Assembly: GCA_963827685.1 (NCBI GenBank)
Contig: CAWHBU010000002.1
Coordinates: 1,056,001-1,120,000, forward strand
Origin: an uncultured delta proteobacterium
Lineage (GTDB): Bacteria; Desulfobacterota; BSN033; UBA1163
Direction: 5' to 3'
Length of the DNA stretch: 64,000 nucleotides
Shown in pieces: positions 37,719 through 48,190 of this stretch. The position numbers were made by a program, and so were the translations under genes. The number at the start of each line of letters is the position of its first letter. Position 1 is the stretch's first letter. The notes under the pieces are model-generated. The model worked only from the letters and a program-made list of their open reading frames with translations. It was not told where the DNA came from and made no database searches.

Positions 37719-38927
37719 ATGAGCGAACTTTGCACGAATCATTCCACCTTATTCAGTAAAGGAAGTGGGATATGGGGTGAGCACATTCCAGATCCGAAAC
37801 TGACAAAACGGGAGTTCTTGAAGTTTTGCGGGGCGAGTTTCTGTGTGCTCTCGGCCTCTCAACTCTTCGGTTTTCCGGAAACCTTGCGGGCGCAAACTGC
37901 TCAAAAGGGTCTCATTAAGACAAAGCTCTCTCCCTATTTCACTTCCCTGAGTGGAGGAGAAATCCAGTGTGAACTGTGCCCTAAGCGGTGTCATGTTTCC
38001 AAGGGGAAAAGAGGTTTTTGCAGAGTGCGAGAGAACCGGGATGGAAAATATTACAGTCTGGTCTACGGAAACCCCTGCGCAGTTCATTTGGACCCCATTG
38101 AGAAGAAGCCTTTTTTCCATGTACTTCCTGCCACTACTTCATTCTCCCTTGCAACGGCGGGGTGCAATTTCCAGTGCAAGTATTGCCAGAATTGGGAGAT
38201 TTCCCAAGCCTCCCCAGAAGAAGTGTATAGTTATGAGGTGCCCCCGGAAATTGTGGTGCAAAAGGCTAAGGAGATGGGTTGCCATTCTGTCGCTTACACT
38301 TATGTGGAACCTATGATCTTTTATGAGTACATGTGGGACATTGGACAACTTCTAAAGAAAGAGGGCCTTCTGAGCGTCTGCCATTCTAATGGCTTCATCA
38401 ATCCCGATCCACTTAGAAACCTGTGCAAGGTAATAGATGCAGCCAATATTGATCTGAAGGGGTTCACGGAGGCGTTTTATCGTGAAATGTGTAGTGGCGG
38501 GTTGGCTCCGGTGCTTGAAACCTTGAAGACCCTTAAGAAGGAGAAGATCCACCTGGAGATTACAAACCTCATCATCCCCACACAGAATGATGATATGTCG
38601 GTAGTGAGGGAAATGTGCCTTTGGGTGAAGAAAGAGTTGGGTGCAGATACTCCCGTACATTTCTCAAGGTTCTTTCCCCTGTACAAACTCAAAACCCTTC
38701 CCCCAACACCGGTTTCGACACTGGAGAAGGCCCGGACAGTGGCTTTATCTTCTGGCCTAGAATATGTGTATATTGGAAACGTACCAGGCCACGAGGGTGA
38801 AAACACTTTCTGCCCGGCATGCAAAAAAATGATCATCCAGCGGACAGGATTTATGGTTGGAGAGGTACATCTGAAAGGAGGGAAGTGCGGGTATTGCGGA
38901 AGACCGATACCGGGTATTTGGACGTGA
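37719..38927 (+). CDS. amrS: AmmeMemoRadiSam radical SAM enzyme with Tat-like signal
   Basis: CELCP..C, DPIEKKP, GCNFQCKYCQNWEISQ, AYTY.EP, YVYIGN; TKREFLK signal; start uncertain (37701-37719). Confidence 0.92.
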   Translation: MSELCTNHSTLFSKGSGIWGEHIPDPKLTKREFLKFCGASFCVLSASQLFGFPETLRAQTAQKGLIKTKLSPYFTSLSGGEIQCELCPKRCHVSKGKRGFCRVRENRDGKYYSLVYGNPCAVHLDPIEKKPFFHVLPATTSFSLATAGCNFQCKYCQNWEISQASPEEVYSYEVPPEIVVQKAKEMGCHSVAYTYVEPMIFYEYMWDIGQLLKKEGLLSVCHSNGFINPDPLRNLCKVIDAANIDLKGFTEAFYREMCSGGLAPVLETLKTLKKEKIHLEITNLIIPTQNDDMSVVREMCLWVKKELGADTPVHFSRFFPLYKLKTLPPTPVSTLEKARTVALSSGLEYVYIGNVPGHEGENTFCPACKKMIIQRTGFMVGEVHLKGGKCGYCGRPIPGIWT

Positions 38928-39262
38928 GTACGAAAGGATCGAAAATAAATATCGAGAAAGGTTCTCAGGGAAAAATGGATAAGTTTTTACAATTTTATAT
39001 AGATTGATGTTCTTTAATTAACATCCTAAAAAACGGGTTTAAGTAAGGAATTCCATATGCAAATTTTCTGGAAGCAGGTCATCTATTGATGTTTTCATGA
39101 TCTCTAAAAGATCATTAGTAATGAAAGTAATGAAGGTCATTTTTTTTCCAATTATGGTTTAATGGCTGCCCCAAATATTCACTTCCAACAGTAAATAGGG
39201 CTTGGTATCAAAAAGAGGGAGTGCCATTTCCCTCATCCACTCTGACCCCTGGAGGTATAACG

Positions 39263-40756
39263 ATGGTCACCTGGAAACATATGCTCCTTCTTCTCCTGCT
39301 GCTCCTCTTTGTCTCTGTCTGCAATTCGCAGAATCGCTCCGAGGACCGTCAGCCCGCCGTCGCGGGCCAGTTCTATCCGGGCAGACCGGACGAGCTGAAA
39401 CGGATGCTCGACGAGCTGTTCTCCAAAGCCGTCGCACGCAAGGCCCTGCCGGATGTCGTTGCGATCATTGTCCCGCACGCAGGGTATGTCTACTCGGGGG
39501 AAGTTGCGGCTTCAGGGTTCAACCAGATCGATCCCGATAAGGTGTACGACAACGTCTTCGTCCTCGGGCCGAGCCACCATGTAGGGTTCGAAGGAGCTTC
39601 GGTCTATTGCTCTGGAAATTTCATTACTCCGCTCGGTACGGTGGAGGTGAATCGTGAATTGGGAGAGGAACTGATAAAAAAGAACACAATGTTCACGCGG
39701 CGGACCGATGCTCACGCCTACGAACACAGCGTCGAAGTGGAGATACCGTTTCTCCAGCATCAGCTGAAGAAGCACTTCCGGATCGTGCCGATCGTTCTTG
39801 GTGCCAACAGGCCGGAAACCTGTCGGAAGATCGGCGAGGTACTTCGGCCCTTCCTGAATGAGAAGAATCTCTTCGTGATCAGCACGGATTTCTCGCACTA
39901 TCCTAGGTACGACAACGCGGTCACCGTCGACAAGGCGACCGCCGACGCGATTGTTTCCAATTCGCCGGACAACCTGATAAAAACCGTGCGAAGGTATGAG
40001 GAGTCCGGCATGCCCAACCTCGCAACCTGCCTCTGCGGTGTGTCAGGGGTGCTGACGCTCCTGTCCATGACCTCACCGAGTGCGGATGTCATTTACCATC
40101 CAATCCAGTACAAGAATTCGGGCGATGTCCCGGTCGGCGACAAGGAACACGTGGTCGGTTACTATGCCATCGTAGTCACGAAGCAGGCGAAGCCGGACAA
40201 GGCCGCGTTTAAACTCGACTCAAAGGAAAAAACAGCGTTGCTGGCGATCGCGCGGCGCACGGTCGAAGGTTACATCCGCACACGCTCGGTTCCGGAGGCT
40301 GATCCTGCCATGCTGAGTGACGCACTCAAGACGCCGTGCGGGGCCTTTGTCACTCTCAATAAGCGCGGCATGCTGCGAGGGTGCATCGGCAGGTTCGATG
40401 CTAGTGAGCCGCTATACAAGGTCGTGCAGGAGATGGCGGTTGCGTCGGCGACGCAGGATTACCGGTTCAGGTCTGTAGAGGAAGGCGAGGTAAAGGATTT
40501 GAAGATCGAGATTTCGGTCCTGACGCCGATGAGAAAGATTAGCTCGATCGATGAATTCCAACTTGGCAAACATGGCATCTACATCCGGAAGGGATTCCGT
40601 TCGGGGACATTCCTCCCGCAGGTCGCACAGGAGACCGGATGGACGAAGGAAGAGTTCCTTGGCCATTGTGCGCAGGACAAAGCGGGAATAGGGTGGGAGG
40701 GATGGAAGGACGCAGACCTGTACGTGTACGAAGCACTTGTCTTCGGTGAAAAGTAA
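39263..40756 (+). CDS. amrB: AmmeMemoRadiSam protein B (MEMO1) - protein A (AMMECR1) fusion with signal peptide
   Basis: RQPAVAGQFYP, PHAGYVYSG, EHSVEV, STDFSHY; GAFVTL..LRGCIG, IEISVL, TFLPQVA; GGAGG RBS before ATG 39263. Confidence 0.92.
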   Translation: MVTWKHMLLLLLLLLFVSVCNSQNRSEDRQPAVAGQFYPGRPDELKRMLDELFSKAVARKALPDVVAIIVPHAGYVYSGEVAASGFNQIDPDKVYDNVFVLGPSHHVGFEGASVYCSGNFITPLGTVEVNRELGEELIKKNTMFTRRTDAHAYEHSVEVEIPFLQHQLKKHFRIVPIVLGANRPETCRKIGEVLRPFLNEKNLFVISTDFSHYPRYDNAVTVDKATADAIVSNSPDNLIKTVRRYEESGMPNLATCLCGVSGVLTLLSMTSPSADVIYHPIQYKNSGDVPVGDKEHVVGYYAIVVTKQAKPDKAAFKLDSKEKTALLAIARRTVEGYIRTRSVPEADPAMLSDALKTPCGAFVTLNKRGMLRGCIGRFDASEPLYKVVQEMAVASATQDYRFRSVEEGEVKDLKIEISVLTPMRKISSIDEFQLGKHGIYIRKGFRSGTFLPQVAQETGWTKEEFLGHCAQDKAGIGWEGWKDADLYVYEALVFGEK

Positions 40757-41212
40757 CGCCGAGTACCGTGGGAATGACACTGAATTGCCTTTTTTATACA
40801 TATTACAAACAGTAATCGTTGACCTCCAGGTTTGTATCAGGGCGAAGACTTGGTAGGTGAAAGCTTTAACACGGCTTTTTTGATCGGCGGGATCTTGGGA
40901 AAATGAAGACTCCTTCCTGTAGTCAATGAAACGCCCCTCTTCCCTTCCAATGCAGATTTCAACCAGATACCTTCAGTTTGGGCAAAGTGCAGGTATTGGC
41001 AAGATATCCGCAGTTTAGAGTTTGAAATTCTCCATCGCCAGCTTATTTGTTTCTTCCTCCTGAAGTTGTGTATTTTAAATTTCGGCCCGGAATACTATAT
41101 CCCTAATATAAGTCAACAAATTCTCGCATTAAACTCCTTCAAGGTGGGTCTCATAAATTCACCTGAACAAACTTGCGAACAAAAAGATAATTTTTACAAT
41201 TAAAAATTTTTC

Positions 41213-41249
41213 TTGACAAATTAGTTTACTTCTGGTAAACCAAGTTTAC
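41213..41249 (+). promoter_or_regulatory. Promoter/operator of the XRE-cupin gene, now separated from it by IS630
   Basis: TTGACA-17 nt-TAAACC overlapping a GTTTAC-N5-GTAAAC palindrome and a third GTTTAC. Confidence 0.6.
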
Positions 41250-41251
41250 TA

Positions 41252-42356
41252 ATACAAACGCATTAAGTAATGTTACATAGCCTACGAATCTTTTGACAAG
41301 ACCATGAGCGAGTTGTTTTACAAACGACAGACCAAAGATTATCAAGGTTTTCAAACCAACGGTTGGTGGTGGATTCATAGCGAACACTGCGCCAAATCCG
41401 TTCTTGCACGTTTAATCCCGGTTGATACGGGGGTAAATATTCGATATGGAGCCTCGGATGTTTTTTAAGAAATTGTTCGATGGGATCGCCTCTGTGCCAG
41501 CGGGCCCTGTCGACATAAAGCCAAATGGTATATTCTTTAAACCTTCCATAGAGGTGGCGCAAAAGTTTGAGAAACCCTTCTCTATCCCCCCGTTTTGTCT
41601 GAATCATGCCATAGCGTCCAAGCAAAGGATTGACCCACCCAGAGATATTCAAACGGATACGATGCTGGCTGGTCGTGGGAATCTTAAGACGCTTTCCTTT
41701 TTTCGCCCAGCCCCGGCTAAGCCTGGGGTGCATCGTAAAGCCTGTCTCATCCTGGAATACAATTGTCTCTTTTGGCCCCAGGGACTCAAGTTTTTTTTAA
41801 AGCCCGCTGGAACTTTCGGGCTTCTTGGCTTTGTGCTTGAAGATAAGAATAACTCGCTCTCTTTAACCGATAACCCAAATGATGCATCCAGCGTTGGGCT
41901 TGCCGCACCTTCAGGTTTATCCCGAAAGACCGTTTCAGATGAATCGCAACCGTTGGCCCATCCCATTGAGTCCGGTTTAAACCAAATTCCCGCGGAGACT
42001 TCTCTAAGTGTCCCTCCAGCACCCTTTGAATCTTTGTCTCTAACCGTGGAGGCCTTCCCGATCTTGGCTTGGATTTTAAGAACTCTAAGCCGTCTTTGTT
42101 CACCCCGTGAATCCATCGGCTTAAACTCATCCGGGTCAACCCTAACACCTCGGTTATCCATCCCGGACGTTGCCCTTCAAGCACCAGGAGTAAGGCGGCT
42201 ATCTTTATGCCTATCCAAGCCCCTGATATTTGTTCGGCTAATGCTAATAAACGCTCTTTATTGGCCTCTTTATGCTCTAAGATTAATGTGGGATTTTTCA
42301 TGCCCACATATTAACATAAATAAACTGTTATGTCACTTTATTTAGGACGTTTGTAT
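41252..42356 (-). mobile_element. IS630-family element, TA target duplication
   Basis: Imperfect IRs ATACAAACG...; TA at 41250-41251 and 42357-42358. Confidence 0.88.
41263..42307 (-). CDS. IS630 transposase split into two frames at an A8 run (41791-41798)
   Basis: HTH ORF 41786-42307; +1 frame continues VFQDETGF...DRARWH...LPPYQP.LN..E. Confidence 0.85.
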
Positions 42357-42361
42357 TAATT

Positions 42362-42916
42362 ATGGATGAACTAAAAATCTGTAGAAAGATCCATCAGATT
42401 CGTCTTCAAAATAAACTCACTCTCCTGGAGATTGCTCAAAGGACAGGTTTTACTAAAGGTTATCTTTCCTTGATTGAACGGGGGAAGAAATCTCCTCCCA
42501 TCGCCACACTGAGCAAAATTGCCCAGGCCATTGGTGTGGATATCGGGGCCTTTTTTGAACAAAGAAAACCCGAAAACAGTATCATTATTGCGAAGAAAGG
42601 AGAGGGGGAGATTGTTGTTCGGGATGGGACCATCTTTGGATACCGCTATGAGTCCATCGCTCCCACCAAAAGGTTGAAAACAATGGAACCTTTTATAATC
42701 ACCCTCCCATCTAAAAGCAAGGAGGAGAATCGATTTGATCATGAGGGAGAAGAGCTCTTTTATGTATTGGAAGGCCGGATTAATTTTTTCTATGGAGAGA
42801 AAAAATATTTTTTGGTAGAGGGAGATTGCATTTACTTCGATTCCAGTATTCCTCATCGGGGCGAAGGGGTTGGGAAAAAAAGTGCAAAAGCTTTAGTCGT
42901 CATTTATACGCCTTAA
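42362..42916 (+). CDS. XRE-family HTH + cupin regulator
   Basis: GFTKGYLSLIERG, HEGEE..YVLEG, GD.IYFDS..PH. Confidence 0.9.
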   Translation: MDELKICRKIHQIRLQNKLTLLEIAQRTGFTKGYLSLIERGKKSPPIATLSKIAQAIGVDIGAFFEQRKPENSIIIAKKGEGEIVVRDGTIFGYRYESIAPTKRLKTMEPFIITLPSKSKEENRFDHEGEELFYVLEGRINFFYGEKKYFLVEGDCIYFDSSIPHRGEGVGKKSAKALVVIYTP

Positions 42917-42968
42917 AAGGTCTGTGTAGAGAAAGGCGAAAATCAACTTTAAAAAAGGAGGTGCGGTC

Positions 42969-44189
42969 ATGAAGAAAAAAGGATTTCGATTTGTTTTGGG
43001 ATTGTTTGGAATAGGACTGATACTGGGAGGGTTTCTAAACGGAGGGTCGGTGATGGCTCAGGATACAATCAAGATCGGAGCAGTACTCCCTCTCAGCAAG
43101 GCTGCTTTTGCTCAGGCAGGCGAGGAGCAGAGGCGGGGACTTCTGATGGCGTTGGAGGAGATCAATCAAGCTGGGGGCGTTCTAGGGAAAAAGTTGGAAC
43201 TGATTATCGAAGATGACACTGGAGAACCCTCTGTAGGTATTGCTGCCGCAGAGAAACTCCTTACTCGGGATAAGGTTGTGGCCTTGATCGGAGGCTATTC
43301 CAGCACCATTACATTCGCACAGCTCAATGCGATTCAACGGCTGGAGCCCTTCGTTGCATGGGTAGGGGCTTCTTCGACCAAGGTGGAGCACGAGTTCGGA
43401 CCAAAGCGATGGTTTTTTCATTATCATCCATGGGATTACCATCGTCAATCGACCATCCGGGATTTTCTCCTCACAATTTCACCTGGGCCCAAGACTGTTG
43501 CCGTAGCCTATGAGGACGGAATCTATGGTACGACTAGCCGTGACTATGTAGTGAAATATTTAAAGGAGAAGGGTTTCGAGATCGTCTTCGACAAACGTTT
43601 CAAGAGCGGCTCCTCCGATTTTACCCCAATGCTCACCAAGATTAAGAAGGCCAACCCAGATGTCTTCTATTGGGTGGCTTATGCTGGTGATACCACCCTG
43701 ATCATGAAACAGGCAAAGGAGATTGACTTAAACCTCAAACTCTTTCTTTCGGTAGCAATCAATTTCCCGCAATACAAAGAATCCCTTGGGGCAACCGGAG
43801 ACTATGTGGCGGGTGTTGATGTATGGATTCCAGGTATAAAACTCTCGGAGACGATTAAGTGGATGGAAAAGTTCAAGAAGGCCTACCCGGGACGGACCCC
43901 TGAGTATTGGGCCCCTCTTGCCTATACCAATTTAATGACTGTGGTGGATGCCATCAAGAGGGCAAGGTCGACGGAGAAGGAAAAACTGATCGCCGCAATG
44001 GAGAAAACCGACTATAACTCACCTTTGGGAAGAATGACCTTCAAGAAGAGCGAGGAAGGTGGGCTGCATCAGGCTATTGATGAACAGATCATTACCCAAT
44101 GGCAGGCGGGAGTTTCACAAGTGGTATATCCTGCCAATAAAGCGACTGGTAAATTGATCTATCCAACACCGAACTGGAAAAATCGCTAG
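42969..44189 (+). CDS. ABC substrate-binding protein (LivJ/K-like)
   Basis: Signal peptide; IKIGAVLPLS, EINQAGGVLG, GGYSS. Confidence 0.9.
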   Translation: MKKKGFRFVLGLFGIGLILGGFLNGGSVMAQDTIKIGAVLPLSKAAFAQAGEEQRRGLLMALEEINQAGGVLGKKLELIIEDDTGEPSVGIAAAEKLLTRDKVVALIGGYSSTITFAQLNAIQRLEPFVAWVGASSTKVEHEFGPKRWFFHYHPWDYHRQSTIRDFLLTISPGPKTVAVAYEDGIYGTTSRDYVVKYLKEKGFEIVFDKRFKSGSSDFTPMLTKIKKANPDVFYWVAYAGDTTLIMKQAKEIDLNLKLFLSVAINFPQYKESLGATGDYVAGVDVWIPGIKLSETIKWMEKFKKAYPGRTPEYWAPLAYTNLMTVVDAIKRARSTEKEKLIAAMEKTDYNSPLGRMTFKKSEEGGLHQAIDEQIITQWQAGVSQVVYPANKATGKLIYPTPNWKNR

Positions 44190-44207
44190 AAGGCCGCGCT
44201 CGTTGAG

Positions 44208-44733
44208 TAAAGAACCCCGCAGCAGAGCTGCGGGGCATTAAAATTCAAAACTTAATTGCTCCTGTTGCTGATACTTTATATAGCGACGTATGACTTCAGA
44301 GGTAACTTTGTCTCCAACAGACCGAACAAAATACCCATCACTCCAAAACTCTCCACCCCAAAGCTCTTTCTTCACCTCTGGAAACTGCTTGAACACCATT
44401 TTCGCCGAGATACTCTTTATGATCTGCACAATCTCTGCCGGACAATACCGAGGAGGGGCAGACAAAAATAAATGAACATGATCATCCTTTACCTCCATCG
44501 TATCTATCTCAAACTCGTACCTCTCCGATATTTGCTCAAAACTCATCTTAAGCCTTTTTGCCAACTCACCTCCCAATATCATCTTCCGATATTTGGGAAC
44601 CCATACCATATGATATTTCAAATCGTAGACCGCATGGCTTGTTCTTTTTATCGAGCTCATGCAGTACTTATACCATGTCTTATCGCTTCGCGAACCTGTT
44701 TTCATCCGCCCAGCAGAGCTGGGCGGTATTCAA
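44208..44733 (-). mobile_element. IS200/IS605-family element (tnpA only)
   Basis: Subterminal hairpins 44215-44235 and 44706-44726; TTGA and TCAA at the ends; boundaries approximate. Confidence 0.85.
44238..44660 (-). CDS. tnpA: IS200 Y1 transposase TnpA
   Basis: YHMVWVPKYR, DHVH, FWSDGYF, YI..Q. Confidence 0.93.
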   Translation of the reverse strand: MSSIKRTSHAVYDLKYHMVWVPKYRKMILGGELAKRLKMSFEQISERYEFEIDTMEVKDDHVHLFLSAPPRYCPAEIVQIIKSISAKMVFKQFPEVKKELWGGEFWSDGYFVRSVGDKVTSEVIRRYIKYQQQEQLSFEF

Positions 44734-44824
44734 CAGGTATTTTTTATAAATTCTAACTTTACCTAACTCTCTCTATTGTTAGGAAGAATAATGGGGTAAG
44801 GGGGAGAACGGAAAAGAGTTTATT

Positions 44825-45703
44825 ATGGACTGGGCTAGTTTCTTTCAGAGTCTTGCGAATGGAATTCTAATCGCAGGACTTTATGCGACAGTAACTTTGG
44901 GTTTAACCCTTGTTCTTGGAGTGATGGGAATTGTCAATTTTGCCCATGGTGAACTGGTCATGCTGGGGGCCTACAGCACCTTCTGGTTATATACCTTACT
45001 AGGAATTGATCCAATGCTGTCGATCGCCATGAGTGGTCTCATCCTCTTCTTCATCGGACTTTCCATCTACCGTTTCACCATCAGGCCGATCCTGAAGGAT
45101 CCTCCACTCAATCAGCTCCTCCTCACCCTTGGCATCTCCATCTTTCTTCAGAACTTAGCAATGATCCTCTGGAAGACGGATTCGAGGTCGGTCATCACCT
45201 CCTATTCCGGCATGTCACTCCATCTGGGAATGGTCCATGTCGGATTGACGCGTTTGATCACATTTTTGATTGCTGTAGTGTTGACGGTTTTCCTTGTCTT
45301 CTTTCTCTATAAGGCAAGGCCGGGGAGGGCAATGAGAGCAGTCAGTGAGAACAATACTGCTTCCTGGTTGATCGGAGTCAATGTTCAAAAAACGTATATG
45401 TTGGCTTTTGGGGTGGCGGCCGCCATAGCTGGAGCTTCAGGTGCATTGGTCAGTACCATCATGTATACATTTCCAATGGTAGGTTTTAAGTTGGGTCTGA
45501 AGGCTTTTTGTATTCTGATACTGGGAGGATTGGGAAATATCCCAGGCGCTCTTTTTGGAAGCCTAATATTGGGCTTGACCGAATCTTTTGTTGGGACCTA
45601 TGTTCCAGAAGGGTCTGGATGGGCTGAAGGGATCTCTTTTATTCTTATCATGATCATTCTCATCATTAAACCTACAGGGCTAGCTGGGACCCGGAGGGAG
45701 TGA
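44825..45703 (+). CDS. ABC permease (LivH-like)
   Basis: VNFAHGE..MLGAY, GRAMRA, LGGLG. Confidence 0.9.
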   Translation: MDWASFFQSLANGILIAGLYATVTLGLTLVLGVMGIVNFAHGELVMLGAYSTFWLYTLLGIDPMLSIAMSGLILFFIGLSIYRFTIRPILKDPPLNQLLLTLGISIFLQNLAMILWKTDSRSVITSYSGMSLHLGMVHVGLTRLITFLIAVVLTVFLVFFLYKARPGRAMRAVSENNTASWLIGVNVQKTYMLAFGVAAAIAGASGALVSTIMYTFPMVGFKLGLKAFCILILGGLGNIPGALFGSLILGLTESFVGTYVPEGSGWAEGISFILIMIILIIKPTGLAGTRRE

Positions 45704-46653
45704 AAGAAATGAAGCGTTCATTCTCTTTGAAAACAATGATTTTGCTGATAGCCCTGGCCATTTTTATGATCTTCTATCCCAAGCTGGTTGATTCCTATTT
45801 TCTCCATCTCACTGTAGCAACCTTCTTGGCGATGATTATGGCAAGCAGTTGGGATATTCTAGCAAGGACTGGACAGGTCTCGGTAGGTCAGGCCGGGCTT
45901 TTTGGGATAGGCGCTTATACAGCTGCCCTTCTCTACCAAAGAGTTCACCTTCCCCCTGTGCTGGGGATGCTGGCTGGAGCAATCTTGGCTATGATCGTTG
46001 CTGTTTTCCTTGGATATCTGACCTTACGTCTCCGGGGAATCTACTTCGCCATTACGACCATTGCATTTGCCGAGGCCTTGTCTGTGATCTGGTTAATGAC
46101 CCCAAGGGTAACAGGGGGAGCAATGGGTGTTTCCACCCCTCCTCTTTTTAATGGCAATCGAGAACACGCCTACTATCTCATTTTGCTTATCCTTGCTCTT
46201 GTTATTTTTGTAGTCTGGTTGATTGAAACATCGAGGCTTAATTTTGCCTTTACAGCGATTCGCGAGAATGAAGAGGTAGCGAATGTCATGGGCATCAATC
46301 CGACCCGGTATAAGGTTCTGGCCTTCATGATCAGCGCCTTTTTTACGGGATTTGCGGGAGGATTTTACAGTCACTATAACACCTATATCATCCCTTATGA
46401 AGTATTCGGCTTAGGCATCTCCATTGCCTGTCTCGTCATGCCGATCTTTGGAGGTCTCTATACCATTGCTGGACCAATCATTGGCACAATCTTGATCAAG
46501 GCGATTGAAGAATATTTGAGGGTTACTTTTTCTTATGGACATCAAATTGCTTACGGTCTGATTCTGGTGGCGGTCGTATTATTTATGCCAGAAGGGTTGC
46601 TCGGACTTTGGAAGGGAAAGATTCTTCCGTTCTTTGGCCGTGTTCGCCAATGA
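45700..46653 (+). CDS. ABC permease (LivM-like)
   Basis: GQVSVGQA.LFGIGAY, LRLRGIYFAI.T, AIRENE. Confidence 0.9.
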   Translation: MKEMKRSFSLKTMILLIALAIFMIFYPKLVDSYFLHLTVATFLAMIMASSWDILARTGQVSVGQAGLFGIGAYTAALLYQRVHLPPVLGMLAGAILAMIVAVFLGYLTLRLRGIYFAITTIAFAEALSVIWLMTPRVTGGAMGVSTPPLFNGNREHAYYLILLILALVIFVVWLIETSRLNFAFTAIRENEEVANVMGINPTRYKVLAFMISAFFTGFAGGFYSHYNTYIIPYEVFGLGISIACLVMPIFGGLYTIAGPIIGTILIKAIEEYLRVTFSYGHQIAYGLILVAVVLFMPEGLLGLWKGKILPFFGRVRQ

Positions 46654-46702
46654 TGGAAATAAAAAGAACTTTGTTGTTATTGAAAGGGAACGTTCGCGAA
46701 CA

Positions 46703-47461
46703 ATGGAGAACATATTTTTACTTCAGGTAAAAAAGCTCACCAAACATTTTGGCGGCCTTGCTGCAGTTCAGAATGTCAGTTTTGAGATTCGTCGTGGAGA
46801 GATTGTGAGCCTGATTGGCCCTAATGGTGCGGGCAAGACAACGATCTTCAATCTCATCTCAGGGGTCTACGCCCCGGATTCAGGAGAAATTCTGCTCGAC
46901 AATGAAAACCTTTTAGGCCGAAGACCTTTTGAGGTCTGCCAGAAGGGGATCGGGCGAACTTTCCAAATTATGCAACCCTTTCCACACATGACAGTTCTCG
47001 AAAATGTTATGACCAGTGGCTTATTCGGGAGAGTGCCGAAGATCTCTATGAGTCAAACAGAAGAGGAGAGCATGGAACTCTGCCAACTCGTGGGGTTGGG
47101 TGATAAACAAAAGGTCCTCCCAAGGAATCTTACCGTGGCAGACCAGAAGAGAATCGAAATTGCTCGGGCCCTTGCCGTCAAACCCAAACTCCTTTTACTC
47201 GATGAAGTAATGTCCGGCCTTACTCCCACCGAAACTGGTGAGGCGATTAAGTTGGTTCGTCGGCTGAGAGAAATTGGGACAACGATCTTTTTGATCGAAC
47301 ATGTGATGAAGGTCGTTATGGACATTTCGGACCGGGTCATTGTCCTTCATCATGGAGAAAAGATTTCAGAGGGAACGTCTACAGAAGTGGCAAATGATCA
47401 AAAAGTAATTGAAGCCTATTTGGGAGAGCATATAGATGAGTCAGGGGAGGCATCGTGCTAG
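46703..47461 (+). CDS. ABC ATP-binding protein (LivG-like)
   Basis: FGGLAAV, GPNGAGKT, LLDE, IEH. Confidence 0.92.
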   Translation: MENIFLLQVKKLTKHFGGLAAVQNVSFEIRRGEIVSLIGPNGAGKTTIFNLISGVYAPDSGEILLDNENLLGRRPFEVCQKGIGRTFQIMQPFPHMTVLENVMTSGLFGRVPKISMSQTEEESMELCQLVGLGDKQKVLPRNLTVADQKRIEIARALAVKPKLLLLDEVMSGLTPTETGEAIKLVRRLREIGTTIFLIEHVMKVVMDISDRVIVLHHGEKISEGTSTEVANDQKVIEAYLGEHIDESGEASC

Positions 47462-48162
47462 CTTTAGAACGAATTGATGTCTATTATGGGAATATTCAAG
47501 CCCTATGGCAAGTGAGCCTAAGTGTAAAAGAGGGAGAAATGATCGGGATTGTCGGATCGAATGGCGCTGGAAAATCGACGATCCTTCGAACAATCTCAGG
47601 ACTGATTAAACCCAAAAAGGGGTCCATCGAGTTTGACTCAAAACGGATTGATCCACTCAGCCCAGACGAGATTGTCCGCCGAGGAATCTCGATGGTTCCT
47701 GAGGGGAGAGAGCTCTTCCCGAGAATGAGCGTTCTTGAAAACCTTGAGCTGGGAGCTGCTTATATCAATAGGGCCTACACTCAAACAAAGGAGTCTTTAG
47801 GGTGGGTTCATTCTCTCTTCCCTATTCTTCAGGAAAGATCAAGTCAACTTGCAGGAACCCTGAGCGGCGGGGAGCAGCAGATGGTTGCTATTGGCAGGGC
47901 GCTGATGTCTCGACCCAAGATTCTCATGCTCGATGAACCGTCTTTAGGATTAGCTCCCCTTATGGTCGCCGAAGTCTTTAAAACAACTGCCAAAGTCAGT
48001 CATGAGGGAGTGACGATCCTTTTGGTCGAGCAAAATGTAAGGCAGAGTCTGAAAATGGCACACCGGGCCTATGTCCTTGAGAATGGCCGAATTGTTATGG
48101 AAGGAATGGGAAAGGATCTGATGACCAATAAGCATGTAAAGGAAGCCTACTTAGGATTATAA
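47455..48162 (+). CDS. ABC ATP-binding protein (LivF-like)
   Basis: GSNGAGKS, LSGGEQQM, DEPSLGLAP. Confidence 0.92.
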   Translation: MLALERIDVYYGNIQALWQVSLSVKEGEMIGIVGSNGAGKSTILRTISGLIKPKKGSIEFDSKRIDPLSPDEIVRRGISMVPEGRELFPRMSVLENLELGAAYINRAYTQTKESLGWVHSLFPILQERSSQLAGTLSGGEQQMVAIGRALMSRPKILMLDEPSLGLAPLMVAEVFKTTAKVSHEGVTILLVEQNVRQSLKMAHRAYVLENGRIVMEGMGKDLMTNKHVKEAYLGL

Positions 48163-48190
48163 TTCTTTTTATTTTTTCAGGAGGTTTACA

